Source: Octopus vulgaris (taxonomy: Eukaryota). Taken from it: a stretch of 64,000 bases of DNA. The position numbers were made by a program, and so were the translations under genes. Below, one piece after another: positions 61,320-64,000 of this stretch. The first letter of the stretch is position 1. Every line of letters begins with the position of its first letter. The notes under the pieces are model-generated. The model was not told the origin of the DNA and ran no database searches. It saw only the letters and a list, made by a program, of their open reading frames with translations. The stretch lies in assembly GCA_951406725.2 (NCBI GenBank), contig OX597834.1, forward strand, positions 4,340,001-4,404,000, read 5' to 3'.

Positions 61320-64000
61320 ATAGGCGCAGGAGTGGCTGTGTGGTAAGTAGCTTGCTTACCAACCACACGGTTCCAGGTTCAGTCCCACTGCGTGGCAGCT
61401 TGGGCACGTGTCTTCTACTATAGCCTCGGGCTGACCAAAGCCTTGTGAGTGGATTTGGTAGACGGAAACTGAAAGAAGACCATCATATATATATATAAAT
61501 AGGCACAGGAGTGGCTGTGTGGTAAGTAGCTTGCTAACCAACCACACGGTTCCAGGTTCAGTCCCACTGTGTGGCAGCTTGGGCAAGTGTCTTCTACTAT
61601 AGCCTCGGGCTGACCAAAGCCTTGTGAGTGGATTTGGTAGACGGAAACTGAAAGAAGACCATCATATATATATATAAATAGGCGCAGGAGTGGCTGTGTG
61701 GTAAGTAGCTTGCTAACCAACCACACGGTTCCAGGTTCAGTCCCACTGCGTGGCAGCTTGGGCAAGTGTCTTCTACTATAGCCTCGGGCTGACCAAAGCC
61801 TTGTGAGTGGATTTGGTAGACGGAAACTGAAAGAAGCCCATCGTATATATGTATATATATATAGGCACAGGAGTGGCTGTGTGGTAAGTAGCTTGCTAAC
61901 CAACCACATGGTTCCAGGTTCAGTCCCACTGCGTGGCAGCTTGGGCACGTGTCTTCTACTATAGCCTCGGGCTGACCAAAGCCTTGTGAGTGGATTTGGT
62001 AGACGGAAACTGAAAGAAGCCTGTCATATATATATATAAATAGGCACAGGAGTGGCTGTGTGGTAAGTAGCTTGCTTACCAACCACACGGTTCCAGGTTC
62101 AGTCCCACTGCGTGGCAGCTTGGGCACGTGTCTTCTACTATAGCCTCAGGCTGACCAAAGCCTTGTGAGTGGATTTGGTAGACGGAAACTGAAAGAAGAC
62201 CATCATATATATATATAAATAGGCACAGGAGTGGCTGTGTGGTAAGTAGCTTGCTAACCAACCACACGGTTCCAGGTTCAGTCCCACTGTGTGGCAGCTT
62301 GGGCAAGTGTCTTCTACTATAGCCTCGGGCTGACCAAAGCCTTGTGAGTGGATTTGGTAGACGGAAACTGAAAGAAGACCATCATATATATATATAAATA
62401 GGCGCAGGAGTGGCTGTGTGGTAAGTAGCTTGCTAACCAACCACACGGTTCCAGGTTCAGTCCCACTGCGTGGCAGCTTGGGCAAGTGTCTTCTACTATA
62501 GCCTCGGGCTGACCAAAGCCTTGTGAGTGGATTTGGTAGACGGAAACTGAAAGAAGCCTGTCATATATATATATAAATAGGCACAGGAGTGGCTGTGTGG
62601 TAAGTAGCTTGCTAACCAACCACATGGTTCCAGGTTCAGTCCCACTGCGTGGCAGCTTGGGCACGTGTCTTCTACTATAGCCTCGGGCTGACCAAAGCCT
62701 TGTGAGTGGATTTGGTAGACGGAAACTGAAAGAAGCCTGTCATATATATATATAAATAGGCACAGGAGTGGCTGTGTGGTAAGTAGCTTGCTAACCAACC
62801 ACACGGTTCCAGGTTCAGTCCCACTGCGTGGCAGCTTGGGCACGTGTCTTCTACTATAGCCTCGGGCTGACCAAAGCCTTGTGAGTGGATTTGGTAGACG
62901 GAAACTGAAAGAAGCCTGTCATATATATATATAAATAGGCACAGGAGTGGCTGTGTGGTAAGTAGCTTGCTAACCAACCACATGGTTCCAGGTTCAGTCC
63001 CACTGCGTGGCAGCTTGGGCAAGTGTCTTCTACTATAGCCTCGGGCTGACCAAAGCCTTGTGAGTGGATTTGGTAGACGGAAACTGAAAGAAGACCATCA
63101 TATATATATATAAATAGGCACAGGAGTGGCTGTGTGGTAAGTAGCTTGCTAACCAACCACACGGTTCCAGGTTCAGTCCCACTGCGTGGCAGCTTGGGCA
63201 AGTGTCTTCTACTATAGCCTCGGGCTGACCAAAGCCTTGTGAGTGGATTTGGTAGACGGAAACTGAAAGAAGACCATCATATATATATATAAATAGGCAC
63301 AGGAGTGGCTGTGTGGTAAGTAGCTTGCTAACCAACCACACGGTTCCAGGTTCAGTCCCACTGCGTGGCAGCTTGGGCAAGTGTCTTCTACTATAGCCTC
63401 GGGCTGACCAAAGCCTTGTGAGTGGATTTGGTAGACGGAAACTGAAAGAAGACCATCATATATATATATAAATAGGCACAGGAGTGGCTGTGTGGTAAGT
63501 AGCTTGCTAACCAACCACACGGTTCCAGGTTCAGTCCCACTGCGTGGCAGCTTGGGCAAGTGTCTTCTACTATAGCCTCGGGCTGACCAAAGCCTTGTGA
63601 GTGGATTTGGTAGACGGAAACTGAAAGAAGACCATCATATATATATATAAATAGGCACAGGAGTGGCTGTGTGGTAAGTAGCTTGCTAACCAACCACACG
63701 GTTCCAGGTTCAGTCCCACTGTGTGGCAGCTTGGGCAAGTGTCTTCTACTATAGCCTCGGGCTGACCAAAGCCTTGTGAGTGGATTTGGTAGACGGAAAC
63801 TGAAAGAAGACCATCATATATATATATAAATAGGCACAGGAGTGGCTGTGTGGTAAGTAGCTTGCTAACCAACCACACGGTTCCAGGTTCAGTCCCACTG
63901 CGTGGCAGCTTGGGCAAGTGTCTTCTACTATAGCCTCGGGCTGACCAAAGCCTTGTGAGTGGATTTGGTAGACGGAAACTGAAAGAAGACCATCATATAT
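61320..64000 (+). repeat. Tandem satellite of ~179-bp units (about 15 copies, continuing past the window end), each the 5' half of SINE family A
   Basis: Units run TAGGC(A/G)CAGGAGTGGCTGTGTGG...GAAAGAAG..(TA)n; the ORF track repeats with a 179-bp period. Confidence 0.97.

Noticed and set aside
61320-64000. CRISPR-like array or tandem 115-aa protein genes
   Set aside because: Units are contiguous near-identical SINE halves with no unique spacers and no cas genes; the ORFs are antisense read-throughs of SINE sequence.

Overview
AT-rich, microsatellite-laden eukaryotic DNA. The SINE repertoire resembles what I recall from octopus genomes (inference). One host gene is supported: a + strand annexin (annexin A7/A11-like) with 10 GT-AG coding exons between 2675 and 38000. 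They splice in frame into all four annexin repeats; the 5' end lies upstream of the window. The rest is transposon debris: several tRNA-derived SINE families, CR1, RTE, R4/Dong- and HERO-type LINE fragments, Penelope-like (Naiad- and Neptune-type) fragments, a Ty3/gypsy gag-protease relic, piggyBac/Tc1/hAT/Helentron-type non-autonomous elements, foldbacks, and a 179-bp SINE-derived satellite from about 61320 to the window end. Most ORFs in the supplied track are microsatellite or SINE artefacts. The most interesting signal is RNA structure. About ten minimal hammerhead-ribozyme motifs occur in Penelope-derived elements. Two sequence-unrelated retroelement ends (49852-49913 + and 19998-20070 -) share one fold carrying the whole hammerhead core in a rearranged, non-circularly permuted strand order. 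All pairings were read by eye; repeat boundaries are approximate.
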